64,000 nt of DNA, taken from NCBI RefSeq assembly GCF_006345805.1, contig NC_042998.1:81158001-81222000 (forward strand), in the 5' to 3' direction. Origin of the DNA: Octopus sinensis (taxonomy: Eukaryota). The position numbers were made by a program, and so were the translations under genes. Numbering within the stretch: position 1 is the stretch's first letter; each line of letters opens with the position of its first letter. The notes below the pieces were generated by a model. That model made no database searches. It saw only the letters and a list, made by a program, of their open reading frames with translations, and was not told the DNA's origin. Positions 39,128-52,689 of this stretch are shown one piece after another.

Positions 39128-39403
39128 TATTTTTTACACAAAAACAAACCGAGGTATTTGACCTCTTACTTCTGTTTTACAATTATTGGACTTAATAGTC
39201 CATGTACAAATTGAAACATTATTAATTTTAACACAAAAAATAGGCCGACGTACTGAACCTCTTACCCCCGTTTTTACAGTTATTGGGCTCAGTAGTCCAT
39301 TTACAAGTTAAAACATTATTTTTACACAAAAAACAAAACGAGGTATTGAACCTCTTACTTCCGTTTTAATAATTTTTGGACTTAATAGTCCATTTACAAA
39401 TTA
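39128..39403. repeat. Three diverged tandem repeats of about 95 bp in the 3' region of the half-Tx1
   Basis: TTTTACACAAAAA..GAGGTA.T.ACCTCTTAC..TGG(A/G)CT..TAGTCCAT.TACAA three times. Confidence 0.85.
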
Positions 39404-39470
39404 AGGCGCTGAGCATCTTACACACTTAAACATTATAACACTGAAGCTTTGTCAATTTTCCTCCCCAACA

Positions 39471-40495
39471 TCACTTGTGCCCGCATATACCGCCATTATC
39501 CACTCGTATCACGGGCAATGTTATGGCCTCCACAGCTATCTGCAGAGGCCATTCGGGTTCCCGTGTGAAAGTTAAAGGTATTCCCTTATAGTGTTTTTCT
39601 ACCACCTTTCCTACCTCTCCACCTCTATAGAAGAAAATCAATAATTTGTCTTCCTCCGGGGTTGAGGTAACCAATTCTACCATTGGCGGTACAATTCACG
39701 CCAACGGTGTCTCTCCCTCTGCCGGTGGCAAAACAGACGAGGTTACAGCTTCCTCTGTCGGTGCCACGATTCCCACCGAAGAGGCCTCGGGACATGCCGG
39801 CAGTACACTGCATACCTCCAGCACTGTTTTCTTTTCCTTCCGGAGGAGAAGGGGGAGGGGGTTCTTCCGCAACTAACTGTTCCAGGACGCTGCTCTGGTC
39901 CTTGGGACAGTTCCTCTTAATGTGGCCAGGCTCCAGGCACTGATGACACTTGGGGGTGGTGGCTCCATCAAGAATCACCGGATACCTGGACCCGGCCATC
40001 CTCAAAAAGTCTATGAACACCAGATCATTGGCTGACTGGGTCCACAGGGTCAAAACTGCTTTTGACTCCACCCAATCAGCCGCATGGCATCATTTTAACA
40101 TTCAAGATCTTAGCTACGCTGCCACCCAGACACCAGCGGATAGTGTCCTCTCTCCACTCGGGTTCTATTCCGGGTGGCAGTCCACGCACCCAAACTCTTG
40201 TCAATTTCCTCCCACGATATGTGGGCAGAAACAGAATTTTCTCCCCTTCCAGGGCCTGGCTCGATATAAAATGCGAGCCTCCTTAAGGGTATCAAATAGC
40301 AACCACACTGTTGCATATTTGAACCCTTGCAATAAACTTGATGTTTGGCAGGTATTCCGCCAACTCCTTCTCAATATCTACTTGAGAGAACACAGTGATG
40401 GTGTCGAGGGACTTGGAATATTTCCTCAACACCACCGTTCTCTCATTAAGGTCCTTTATCCACTGATGGGGTGGGGGGGGGGCACATTTTCCCAC
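39471..40495 (-). pseudogene. Tx1-type ORF1 with zinc knuckle, frameshifted
   Basis: PPPHQWIKDLNERTVVLRKY (cf. PPPDTLQAIREKTLIIRY), LFLPTYRGRK (cf. LLLPTYLGRR), PKCHQCLEPGHIKRNCP. Confidence 0.8.
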
Positions 40496-41499
40496 TCAAT
40501 GACTGTTCTTATTTTTTGCCATGCTTTGCAAAAAAGAAACAGGAAAATGTTCAAAAAAGTTCAAAATGTTCAAATAAAAGTCCAAAGAAACACAAAGAAA
40601 GAACAGAAAGACAGAGCAGAGAAAAGAACGAAGGAAAACACTTCCAGCACGGCAACACAATTCCGCCACTTAGGTAATCAGGGTTCACATGTAATCCGCA
40701 AGTAATTCACAAGTAATCCTCCAGAATATTGCTTCACACAGGTACTCCAGTTCACCGTAATTACAAAAAGTTTCTCCACGAATGGATCGAATTTTGGTAG
40801 CGAGACACGCCCACCAAAACAAAACAAAACAATTCTCACCACTAAGTGAGGTACTCAGCGCGACTGCAGCAGACAAATGTTCAAGACCCAGTGGGAATTC
40901 CTTATATGAAAAAAGGAAAAACAATGTCATACAACAAATTTCCCCCTAAGTCCCTTAAGAAAAACAAGTGCCTACCTTGCAGTCGCGCCTCTTCAACAGT
41001 TCTTCGATTCAAGACGGCCACCAACGCACGTCTTGACAGTGTTCAATCCGATAAGCAACTAACAAACACACATGCGCATAAGCAAGCTACTTACCACACA
41101 GCCACGCCTGTGCCTGGAAATTTCTAATTAAGAAATTCAGCACAAATTTGGGCTAGCATGATGAACTAAAAAATATCTCGTTTATGGATTCGATGTGCGC
41201 TCTATATTGACAAATAAATCCTTGCCTTATATGTAGAAGAATACGAAAGATAATCTGAAGACCATGTGGGGGTGTTGCGGAATGCCAGGAGCCAAAACTT
41301 ATATTTTAGAAACAAGCTGTAATAACAGGACATATCGTTTTCCGTAAATAGGGAGTGGCTGGCGCAGTGATATCATAAAATCGTCAAAATGAAAATAGAC
41401 ATAAAAATGAAAATAGGCATAAACTACATCAAACAGCTTCGTATGACGTAATCAAAATCTATGAAAATATATGCACACCCCTGTATGTTTGTATAGTGG

Positions 41500-41945
41500 A
41501 GGTGCAATGGCCCAGTGGTTAGAGTAGCGGACTCGCTCTTGTAGGACCGCGGCTTCGATTCCCAGACCGGGTGTCGGGAGTGTTTATTGAGCGAAAACAT
41601 TTGAAGCTCCGCGAGCCTCCGGCAGGGGGTGTTGGTGAAACTGCTGTACTCTTTCACCACAACATTCTCGCACTCTTTCTTTCTGTATTTCTTTCTACCT
41701 GTATTTCAAAGGGCTAGCCTTGTCTCCACTCTGTGTGTGTGAATAGGTTTGTGTGTGTGCGCATGTGTACGTGTGTGACTGATGTGTTGGCCAGCCTTGT
41801 CACACTCTGTGTCACGCTGAATCTCCCTGAGGACTACGTTAAGGGTACACGTGTCTGCGGAGTGCTCAACCACTTGCACGTTAATTTCACGAGCTGGTTG
41901 TTCCGTTGATCGGATCAACTGGAACCCACGTCGTCGCAACCGATG
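41500..41945 (+). mobile_element. SINE family C with internal microsatellite
   Basis: GGCCCAGTGGTTAGAG..GGCTTCGATTCC head and GAGTGCTCAACCACTTGCACGTTAATTTCACGAGC core. Confidence 0.85.
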
Positions 41946-42504
41946 GGGTTTCACGATGTTTGCATATCTGTGCATTCGTGTGTTTGTGTGTGCGTGCTTG
42001 TATGTGCTAGTGTACGTGTGTGTGCTTGTGTATGTGTGTTTGTGTGCGTGTATGTTTGTATGTGTGTGTGTTTGTGTATGTATGTGCGAATGTGTTTGTG
42101 TGACGTGGGCTGGTGTATGTGTGTGACTGATGTGTTTGGTAAGTTATCGCTTTGCTAACAAATATGGAACACTTTCCTTGAAGTTACGTGTGAAATATTT
42201 GACTTTTTTTTAAAACTGTAATAAATGATGCTTTTTCACTCTACTATAAAAAACAAAACAGAAAAAAGATAACAGAAAAAAGGAAATTAATTTCCACATT
42301 TTCAATTTGCTTAACTTCACGCAACAAATTGCTAATTACTTAGCATAGTCGTTAACTTACTTTAATTTCATTAAATTATCATTATTTTTCCCCCTTTTTA
42401 CTTCTAGAAGCAAAATGTCTACATTTACATAAAAACCTCTCATAAGGAAAAATTATGTTGTATCCGAGCATGAAACACGTACCCTTTTCATGCACACGCA
42501 CGCA

Positions 42505-42569
<65 letters not shown>

Positions 42570-42915
42570 TCTCTGTCTCACTATTACGCAATAGCCGTCG
42601 TCGTCATCATTACTTTCAACATCACCAGCCTCACCACCATGACCATGACTACGATCTTCACCAAAATCATCATCAGCATCATCATATTTATCCTCCACCT
42701 CCTCTTCCTCCTCCTCCTCATCATCGCCAACGTTTCGTCATCACTGTCATCGTCAACATCATCATCAACACCAATGTCATCACCGATGTCGTCGTCATCG
42801 TCGTCATCAGATTCTATTAGAGTCACCAATACATTCATTACTCTTTTATCATTATTGTTTGTAGACATTAATAATGTTATAGACATCAAGGGAATTAATT
42901 TCATAGATAATACAA

Positions 42916-42977
<62 letters not shown>

Positions 42978-44023
42978 TAATAATAATAATAATAATAAGG
43001 AGAAATAATTCATTTTATAAATAAAAATGGAGAAAATATTTCTTTCCTTTAGTTCTTCAATACATCACCGTGTCTTAAAAATGACGTTAAATACTTTGTC
43101 TCTGCTTTTTTACACAACTGGGAAAATAGTTACGTTTTTATCTATCCTGAATGTCCACATCAGCCATTATAGTTATATCTGTTACACTTTATTATATTTT
43201 CAATAAATTTTTTCATCCGGGGATTATATTTATTTTAAGCTCGTTATCTCATAAGAAAAAAAAGATTCGTATTCTGGGAGTTTTTCAATATTAGTTTCAA
43301 CTACTCTCAAGCCATATAAACAATATTAGATTTGTATTTGTATTTCCATGTCTGACGGATTATATGTATGTACGTGTGTGTGCGTGTGAGCTTGGGAATG
43401 TTTCCTTTTATGCAATGCCGTATATTTGTGAATAATAAGGATGTACATTCGTGAAAATACGTAACTGTTCCATTACGTATTATGTATCGTTTTTATTTTC
43501 TATTTATTCAATGTTTGTTAACGTATTGCAACGATTTTAATACATGTACATATACAGTTCTGTGTATTTCACTATGCGCTCATATATATATGATTAGATG
43601 TCTCCAATATTACAGTTTAGTTTATTGAGCTGTCTGCTTATGAAAATATTTAAACTTGTACTATATACTTAGGATTATATAATTTGAATGTTTTGTTTCT
43701 CTTGATGATAATTTCTGTATATCTATGTGTCTTGCTTCTACATCTCTATTATGGAACTGCTCTCTGCATATTTGTGTAAATATTATCTTCAGCGTATATA
43801 GATTTGTGTGTGTGTGCGTCTATCTACAATTATGAGTTTGCGTATTGTCCTTTCTATGTAATGGTTATTCTTCTTTATGCAGTTTGTATGTACATATCTA
43901 ATCTCAGGAGTGTTTCCTTTTCTAAGAGCTTGTGATTCTTAGTTTCTCAAGTAAATTAAAGTACGTCTTTATTAATATAAATGTTAGGAGACAGGTAGAC
44001 AGGGATAAAAGAGAAAAACACAA

Positions 44024-44081
<58 letters not shown>

Positions 44082-44082
<1 letters not shown>

Positions 44083-44439
44083 GGGAAGATAAAGTGTTAT
44101 AGACTCCATGTCTAAGAAAAGGTTTGTCAAGATGCAAAACTAAAAAAGAAAAAGCGAAAACAATAATAAATCTAGGAGTATTCATCTAAACAACACTATT
44201 GCATTAGCTGAGGGTGTAATAAAATAACATTTTCTAGAGTATAAGAGAAATAACAACGTTTTCCGATGAAGCACAAATATGGAGAAAGACATTAATGGCC
44301 TATACAAAAGGCTTTACTTGATTTCGTTTGAATAGTCGCGTATGCAACCTTTTCAGAACTATGTTATCGCCTATTGATTCTACTGGAGTTACATCACAGC
44401 TGCTTATGTTATTGTGACGTAAGATAGAAACAGAAGTGG

Positions 44440-44471
<32 letters not shown>

Positions 44472-44830
44472 GGGAAGATAAAGTGTTATAGACTCCATGT
44501 CTAAGAAAAGGTTGTCAAGATGCAAAACTAAAAAAGAAAAAGCGAAAACAATAATAAATCTAGGAGTATTCATCTAAACAACACTATTGCATTAGCTGAG
44601 GGTGTAATAAAATAACATTTTCTAGAGTATAAGAGAAATAACAACGTTTTCCGATGAAGCACAAATATGGAGAAAGACATTAATGGCCTATACAAAAGGC
44701 TTTACTTGATTTCGTTTGAATAGTCGCGTATGCAACCTTTTCAGAACTATGTTATCGCCTATTGATTCTACTGGAGTTACATCACAGCTGCTTATGTTAT
44801 TGTGACGTAAGATAGAAACAGAAAGTGGGA
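44082..44830 (+). repeat. Near-perfect 389-bp tandem duplication bounded by (GA)n
   Basis: GGGGAAGATAAAGTG at 44082 and 44471. The copies differ only in homopolymer lengths. Confidence 0.95.
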
Positions 44831-44833
44831 GAG

Positions 44834-44888
<55 letters not shown>

Positions 44889-46674
44889 AGAGAGAGAGAG
44901 AGGATGAGAGAGAGAGAGAGAGAGAGTAGAAGGAGAGTGTATGCATGTGCGTGAATTACTCAACACAATGCCTTTTGACGCTTAGTTACATACACTATCG
45001 AAAAGACATTCTCTAGATTCAAGACATTATGTAAGGCAATCCAGGAAATATATCGCAGTAAGTTAAAAGAACTTCAACAAAACCCGTGTTGTTGTTGCTA
45101 TTGTTAGGTAGCCTTATATCAACTCTGATAAAGCAGATCTAAGGTAAATGACATAGAACAGCTGTTCTCATCTTGTCGCAGTTTTATAAATATCTAGGGT
45201 TACATTTTCTAAAGTTTTCTTCAAAATTGATTGAGATAGTACAATGTTAAGAAAGATTGACTGCTTAGGGAAGTTTGATTGCTATTTCCAGCAGGTCAAG
45301 CAATCGTGTGGCTGGTAACTGGTTGCTGTGTTTTGCCCCCAATTATTTAGTCGACTTCCCAAAGCGAAATATTAATTATTTAAAAAATACATAGAGCTCA
45401 TAACACTTCAGGCCCACTGAAAAGTAAATTTTCCCACTAAGGGCAGGAGACACGAGCTCCAATGAAGGAGATCGTTTTACCACCTCAAAATAGCTACCAC
45501 AAATCTAACAAAATCGCATCTGTTGTTATAAAAATGGAAATACACGTTAAATAATATATGTACCATACGAAAAGGGATGATATTAAGTTTGGAACACCTC
45601 TGATATACAAAACTAATAAAACAACGAAAACCAGATTGAGTCCATAACAAAAGAAAAAATGTTTAAATCAGAAATGATGAAAACCTGAGGCGATTATAGC
45701 ATTCGAAAATACATTATGGACGTAATGTAATGAAATTAAAACAAGGATGGAAATGGAGTAACTATACTGACTTAAAGAACACGTTTCATTTTTTATTTTT
45801 CTATGTGGCAAAAGTAATAAAGCAGTTTATCGAAATGTGATAAGCATTTTTGCAGCAGAAATGTTCTTTGCGTTGTCAATATTTGGGTAGAACATCTGAG
45901 AGAATATGTTCGCAAATATTTAGCACGGAGGGGTGTCTTTTGCAATAAGTCAGATTAGCTGTGTTTATACTTGTCGAGTAATTTCCTTGATTTATATGCA
46001 ATTCTCAACAGAGTTAGGGACTCGTAACTATTTCAAGGAACAATTTATGAGGTTACTTTACGCTGTTGCTGTAACGTTGGATACAATTCCTGGCGGCATT
46101 TTTTCTCACACTCTGCACTTTAAGCTCAAATGCCGCGTAGGTTAACTTTTCATTTGAACATTATAAAATAAACAAAAATACGAAAGCAAAAGGTTGATTG
46201 GAGGAAGTGTTGCAGATTCGTGCGGGGTACATTGCAGTATTTGATTGAGCTCTTTGGGTTCTGAGTGCAACGGCTGTGACGAACTGACGGCAGCCGTTCT
46301 CTTAAAATTGTTTCGGTTGTGGAGGAAACTTGCATTCGTGAACACCTGGCAGGCTTCTTCAAAGAAATCTTATCTAGGCCTGCACACGCATATGTGGATA
46401 TATGGACGAATGCCTTTGTGTTCATTTACAAGTCTTCACAATGGTTCATTACTATAAGAAGATTAGAGCAAGTTAACTGAGTCCTCGTTCTGATGGAATA
46501 ACAGACTTCCATTGTAAATTTTGCTAGTGTTCAGAGTTAACGGATCATACAAACGATCAAAGCAAGACAATACTGCAATCGTTTTAAGAACGTTTGTTCT
46601 TTCACGGATGTAAGGCGATTACATAGGAGCTCATTCAATGATGTGTATTCAACTTTTTTCTGTAGTTCAAGAAG

Positions 46675-46945
46675 GCGTAGTGGTTAGGGATATTCGGTTC
46701 AGAATCATAAAGTCATAGGCACGACACTCGGCTGCACGTTGTGTCTTAGAGCGAGACACTTTATTTCATGTTGCCCCAGTCCATTCAGCTGTCGAAAATA
46801 AGTCGTACCTATGATACAAAGGGTCAGCCTGTTCCCGTTCTGTGTCACGCTGAATTACTCCGAGAACTACGTAAATGGTACGAGTCTCTTTCGCGAGCAG
46901 GCTGTTTCGTTGATAGGATTAGCTGAAACCGTCGTCGTCATAACT
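46675..46945 (+). mobile_element. SINE family C, decayed
   Basis: GGCGTAGTGGTTAGGG...GACACTTTATTTCATGTTGCCCCAGTCCATTCAGCTG. Confidence 0.7.
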
Positions 46946-47699
46946 TATAGAGTGCAAGATGCAACAATACTGAAAACAACTAAGTGTTATCGAGTATGTT
47001 CCATGGTTTATCACAGCAATATGAAAGATATAACTCACAAGGCCGTGGCATACATAACGAATAAAAGTAGACACATATTTAGAGTAGATGTGAACAATAA
47101 CTCTGCTACTCAACATTTAACACCGACACACACACACAGGTCACGTTAATAACCCTGACATTCACCTATTTAGCTCGGTGACTTATTATTAAAGCCTTCA
47201 AAGCAATGAATGAATGAATGGATAAGAACGGAAAATGTTTTCTAATAAATGAAGCTAGACATCAAAATAGGATGACATCAAAACAGTTATGAAAACAAAC
47301 AGAAATCGTTTTTGGACAACTCAGCCTTAATTTACTTTTTCTAATCATTATTACAATTAGTTGAGTTATGACATTATGACAAATGAGATACACAAATATT
47401 GGCTAAATATCACAGACGTCACCAAAAGGACAGTTCATCTGCGTTATTCCCAAAGCAGTACGACGCATACACACTCCGACCATATGCATATGTATGTTTG
47501 AATGTCTGTGGTTCTGTGTGTGCGTGCGTCGGACTGCGCATGTGTACAAACACATGTGTGTGTGAGTGTGTGTATGTATGCGTGTCAATACAAGTTACAA
47601 GGATAAACTCACTCATACACACACTAATATATTCTTATATATATATATATATATATATATAAATATATATGTATGTATGTATACATAGATACATACATG

Positions 47700-47733
<34 letters not shown>

Positions 47734-47734
47734 G

Positions 47735-47855
47735 AGACCGATAGAATAAGTACTGGGCTTACAAAGAATAAGTCCCGGGGTCGATTTGCTCGACTAAAGG
47801 CGGTGCTCCAGCATGGCCGCAGTCAAATGACTGAAACAAGTAAAAGAGAGTAAAA
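47735..47855 (+). mobile_element. SINE family A 3' end (a similar piece lies at 49690-49845)
   Basis: GACCGATAGAATAAGTACT..GGCGGTGCTCCAGCATGGCCGCAGTCAAATGACTGAAACAAGTAAAAG. Confidence 0.85.
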
Positions 47856-48641
47856 GAAAAAAGAGAGTATATATATGTATGTATTTGTATATATATATGT
47901 ATATATCCTTCCACAAACACACGTGCACACGCATGCGGACACATGTATATAGCTGGCACTGGTACGCTTGAAAACATATGTATATCCCCGTTGGCTGAAT
48001 GAAATTGGTCGTAAATAACAAGATTGCCTAATTGTTCAGACTCTTTCCTTTATTAGCGACCATCAGTATAGTTTCTGTGGAAATAGTTCCACTAGAAATT
48101 TGCCCTCTTGCTCTTTGTTCAAATAATTTGGAATTAGGGAACTCTAACTTGAGGCTATGCTGTTATTTACATAAATAACGTTTGACACAGACACTTAAGC
48201 TTACGTACCCTGGCAATGGGCACTATGATACCACAAGCAGTGGTCTGAGAGACAGGAGCGACTGAATAGAGGCTTCCCATACAGACCGGTTGAGAATTTT
48301 AGCGTAGATGGGTTTAAAACGACCGTAATGAATTCAGAGATATTTGCAACATTTCTAATTACAAAATGTGATATATCCAGATGCGCCGATTCATTTACGG
48401 TCACAAATATACACATACAAACAAAAAACACACATACCGCGCACTCATATCTGCTTCTCTTTATGTATGGATGTATGAATTTATATATGTATGTATATAT
48501 GTGTGTGTGTCTGTCAGTATGTATGTTTGTATATGAATATATGTACATGTATATATGTTTATCTATTCATCTCTCTTTATCTGTCTATGTATCTATGTAT
48601 CTATGTATCTATGTATGTATGTATGTATGTATGTATGTATG

Positions 48642-48682
<41 letters not shown>

Positions 48683-48699
48683 GTCTGTCTGTCTGTCTT

Positions 48700-48743
<44 letters not shown>

Positions 48744-48970
48744 TCTACCTATCTATTTGTCTATCTATCTTTCTATCTATCTATCTCCTCTTGCGTTTCA
48801 ATTATATATATATATATACAACACACATATATAAATAGATTATAGATATGTGCTACATATATATAACACGTATCTATATATACCTACAAATACACATACA
48901 CACACACTCACACACATACACACAAACATATATACGTATATATATATAATATATATATATACATATATAA

Positions 48971-49004
<34 letters not shown>

Positions 49005-49069
49005 GCCTATACATACAGCTACTTATGTGTAGGAGAAAATCATGAGTCCAAGTTATATAATTTACTTAC

Positions 49070-49138
49070 CTTCTGCTTCGTTTTTCATCATCTTCTCAAG
49101 TTCGGTCGACCTGACTGTTACGGAATGCCTTCAGTTGG
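49070..49138 (-). CDS. Probable start-codon exon (69 bp; coding part 49070-49091, MMKNEAE+G) of the Kelch-repeat gene
   Basis: Acceptor TTTAATTTATTCAG and donor GAAG|GTAAGT. All frames are closed before the ATG, and the phase-1 G completes the GAC codon of the 29495 exon. Confidence 0.5.
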
Positions 49139-49324
49139 CTGAATAAATTAAAATATGAATGATTGTCATTTATGACAGTCATTCAAAACACATATCTATT
49201 GACATAACAGCATATAATTTTATGAGGTAAAAGGATATTAAGTGTAAAGTGATTAACATAGATCATGACGACTTCTTATCGGAATTACAACGAAATTTGT
49301 CACATGTCCCAGCTCTCTCTCTTG

Positions 49325-49424
<100 letters not shown>

Positions 49425-49433
49425 CACACACAC

Positions 49434-49476
<43 letters not shown>

Positions 49477-49568
49477 ATATATATGTATATATATAAAATA
49501 TATATATATATATATATAATATATAAATAATATATATATGCATATATAATACGTATATATATATATAT

Positions 49569-49647
<79 letters not shown>

Positions 49648-49885
49648 GTATTTGCGTGCCTGTGTTTATCAACTCACCCTCGCTTGTTAGTGTTTATGTC
49701 CCTGTAACTTAACGTTTCGGCAAAAAGGAACCGATAGTATAAATAATTGGCTTACAAAGAATAAGTCGTGTGCTCAGTTTGTTAGACTCATGGTGGTGCT
49801 CCAGCATGGCTACAGTCAAATGATTGAAACAAGTAAAAGAATGAAAGAATTTCATATTTATATATGTATACTTATATGCATACGT

Positions 49886-49924
<39 letters not shown>

Positions 49925-50115
49925 CGTCAGTGTGTACGCATATTTCAGCATACTAATTTACTAGTATATATATATGTATAACCATCTACATACCCATACG
50001 TACATATATGTTTATATGTATACATAGTTTTAAACTTACCCATATATTCAAATATACATATATCATACATATATCATTTGCGTTTATACACACACACACA
50101 CCCACACACCCACAC

Positions 50116-50209
<94 letters not shown>

Positions 50210-52504
50210 AGGTATATATATAAATATGTATGAGTGTGTATATATGCAATCATACATATATATATACACACGTACATACACACGTACATATATGTACGCA
50301 CACAAAAAGATTGTGTGTGGTAGCTATGAGTGTACCACTTGAATTGTTGACTTCCCGACGACCGTTACTGGGCAACTAACAAAAGCTTTGCACTCGTTGC
50401 TCATGTGTCGCTTTAATATAGGAACAAAACGTATAGTTACATTTTTATTCGTTCAACAAAAGTCTATAACCATAATAAAATAATAAATATAATTACCACT
50501 ATAATAAATACTTTCGCTAATGTACTTTATGAAGATCTGTAACTGTGTAACACCGTAAACTGCTTAATGCGAAGCGCCACCCTAAGTGCACGGGGTCTTA
50601 TGTAATTGAATAATCGAAATACTTCATTCCAGTGACAACCATATTAAAAAGCAATGATCATTTGACGATCGGGTCATTCACGTCGTACTGTACGCTCGTA
50701 AATCGCATGAATCATGTAAAAAATAGTTATATCTTCCTTTCGTTTTTGTTTATTTCATTTACACTAAAAACTGTGTTTGATCACTATATTCGTGTTCACC
50801 CAGAAAAGCTATGGCATTGAATCGTGATTCTTCGCCAGGTTCGATCTTTTGTGATAACACATTAATCATGTTGGACCATAATCTGTTTTGCTTGATTCGC
50901 GATCGAGCTTCGACACCGAACTCAAGCATCACTTCCACAAATTCAACGCTCTGACTTCATGTCATGAATGTTTTCAGGCCACCTGGAGACGTGACCAAAA
51001 TTTGGTAAAAAAATTTGGTTTGTACTTACGTACAACATTTCAATATCTGGCCGCTTGTTTTCCCCACATCATAATATTTCATGTTATATGTTGCTCTATT
51101 ATTATTACTGCCATTCATGTATCTGATACAAGGACTTTATTATTTGTCACGTAAAAGTCGATTTCAATTTAGAAAAGGTGGGAATTCTCTTTGAAACAAA
51201 TAAGGACGGTATCTATAGATAAACAAGATTTCTCTTCCAAAGTCTTCATTGTTCAATATATGATTGAAATACATAGTCAATTGTTGTGCTGATTGTCTGT
51301 ACTCAAGCATTTGATTAGGGTTGATAAGTCACACAATTCCACTGTCCTAAACACCATTTAATTCACAGTTAACAAACTGTGCATGATTGCCAGAAACAAT
51401 CCTTTTCTAAATACCACTCCATGATGTGCGAAACCAGCAGCTGACACAGTTATTAATTCTTGTATCAAAGTTGTGAGGAATATCTAAGATCGACACTACG
51501 ATTCAGCATGTGCAAGTATATGGTGCTAAGTTTTTGCTGGGTGGCGAACTTTTTAAATTTCTATGATTTTCTCTCAGATATTTGTCAATGCAAATATCAT
51601 TAAGAGATCCATCGACACCAAGAGTTCAAATGGCATGCACAAGAAAAAATAACCATGTAAAATATAAGAAAAATTCTCAATATAAATTTTGTCTACTTTG
51701 ACCATGCCGTATTTTATTTGTTCATTCCTCTACAATAATATTTGAGTTTTATATAAAACGCTTTGAATGAGACCTGATTTTTCTGTAAGCATTTCTTTGC
51801 AAATAAGTTTTTGCGCTAATTTTTTTCCCATTTACCTGCTAAATCTCATTTTCGTCAATATTATTGTACGTCCTGAAATTTGTCTTTGCAAGTCAAATAA
51901 TGTAGTGATGGTGTGAAATGTTTGTCTAAAAAAACCAAAAGAACTAAAAATAGATGTCACAGATTCTTTACACATAGAAGTCTTACATAAATGTTAACGC
52001 AATTTTATCGAATAGTTAACTTTGATATATAACCCTAAGTAGCCGGTCACTGCTCTTGTTTCGTGTGTTATAGTATGTATGGAAATCGTGTGAAGTAGAT
52101 AACGCTACTACATGAATACCAATGCTTAATATAGCCTATGAATCAAAAGCATTTTAAAAGCTTTATAGTGGGCGGTTATATATCATGAAACTAAAACAAT
52201 TATACCCTGTAACACTAATTAAGCTCCCTATACCTTCATTGTGAATATATAGATCCATCAAAATATAAATTGTTCACAATTAAGATAACACATCTGTTTA
52301 TTGAGTTTATTGCAAAATGTGCTGTGACATATCATTCTTAGTATACTGTTTCAAAATATTGAATTTAATGGGAAAGCTGACTACGACGACGACTGGCTTT
52401 ATCGCTGCCGGATGATTTACTTTGATTTCAAATTTAATTTTAAATGGATCTGTAACACATTTTTCTTTTTCAAAAGATGTTTAGCTTTTGCTTTCGTCTT
52501 CATT

Positions 52505-52655
52505 AGTAGGCATGGCTGTGTAGTTAAGAGACTTCATTGCAACGTCCTACTGCGTGCAATCTTAGGCAAGTGTCTTCTACTGCAGCCCCAGGCTTGTTAC
52601 TGCCTTGTTAGTGTATTTGGTAGAGGGAGGTGGAAAAAAGCCTGTGGTATGTATG

Positions 52656-52689
<34 letters not shown>

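Larger units (their letters stand above)
38983..41078 (-). mobile_element. ORF1-only Tx1-related element ('half-Tx1'), 14-bp TSD T(G/A)AGCAAGCTACTT (38969-38982 and 41079-41092)
   Basis: ORF1 fragments are homologous to the neighbouring Tx1 ORF1, and no APE or RT remnants were seen between ORF1 and the TSD. Confidence 0.78.
38605..41117 (-). mobile_element. SINE family A split in its tRNA-like head by a 2.1-kb insertion (SINE parts 38605-38982 and 41079-41117)
   Basis: The two halves join into a continuous family A sequence. Confidence 0.88.

Noticed and set aside
44255-44300. CCGATGAAGC...GAGAAAGAC hammerhead-like text
   Set aside because: Helices I, II and III cannot be formed.
48204-48270. 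Possible in-frame cassette exon on the minus strand (donor GTAAGC)
   Set aside because: Weak acceptor and an uninformative peptide.
50760-50970. Met-less minus-strand open frame SVEFVEVMLEFGVEARSRIK...
   Set aside because: No family recognised and no clear splice or transposon boundaries.
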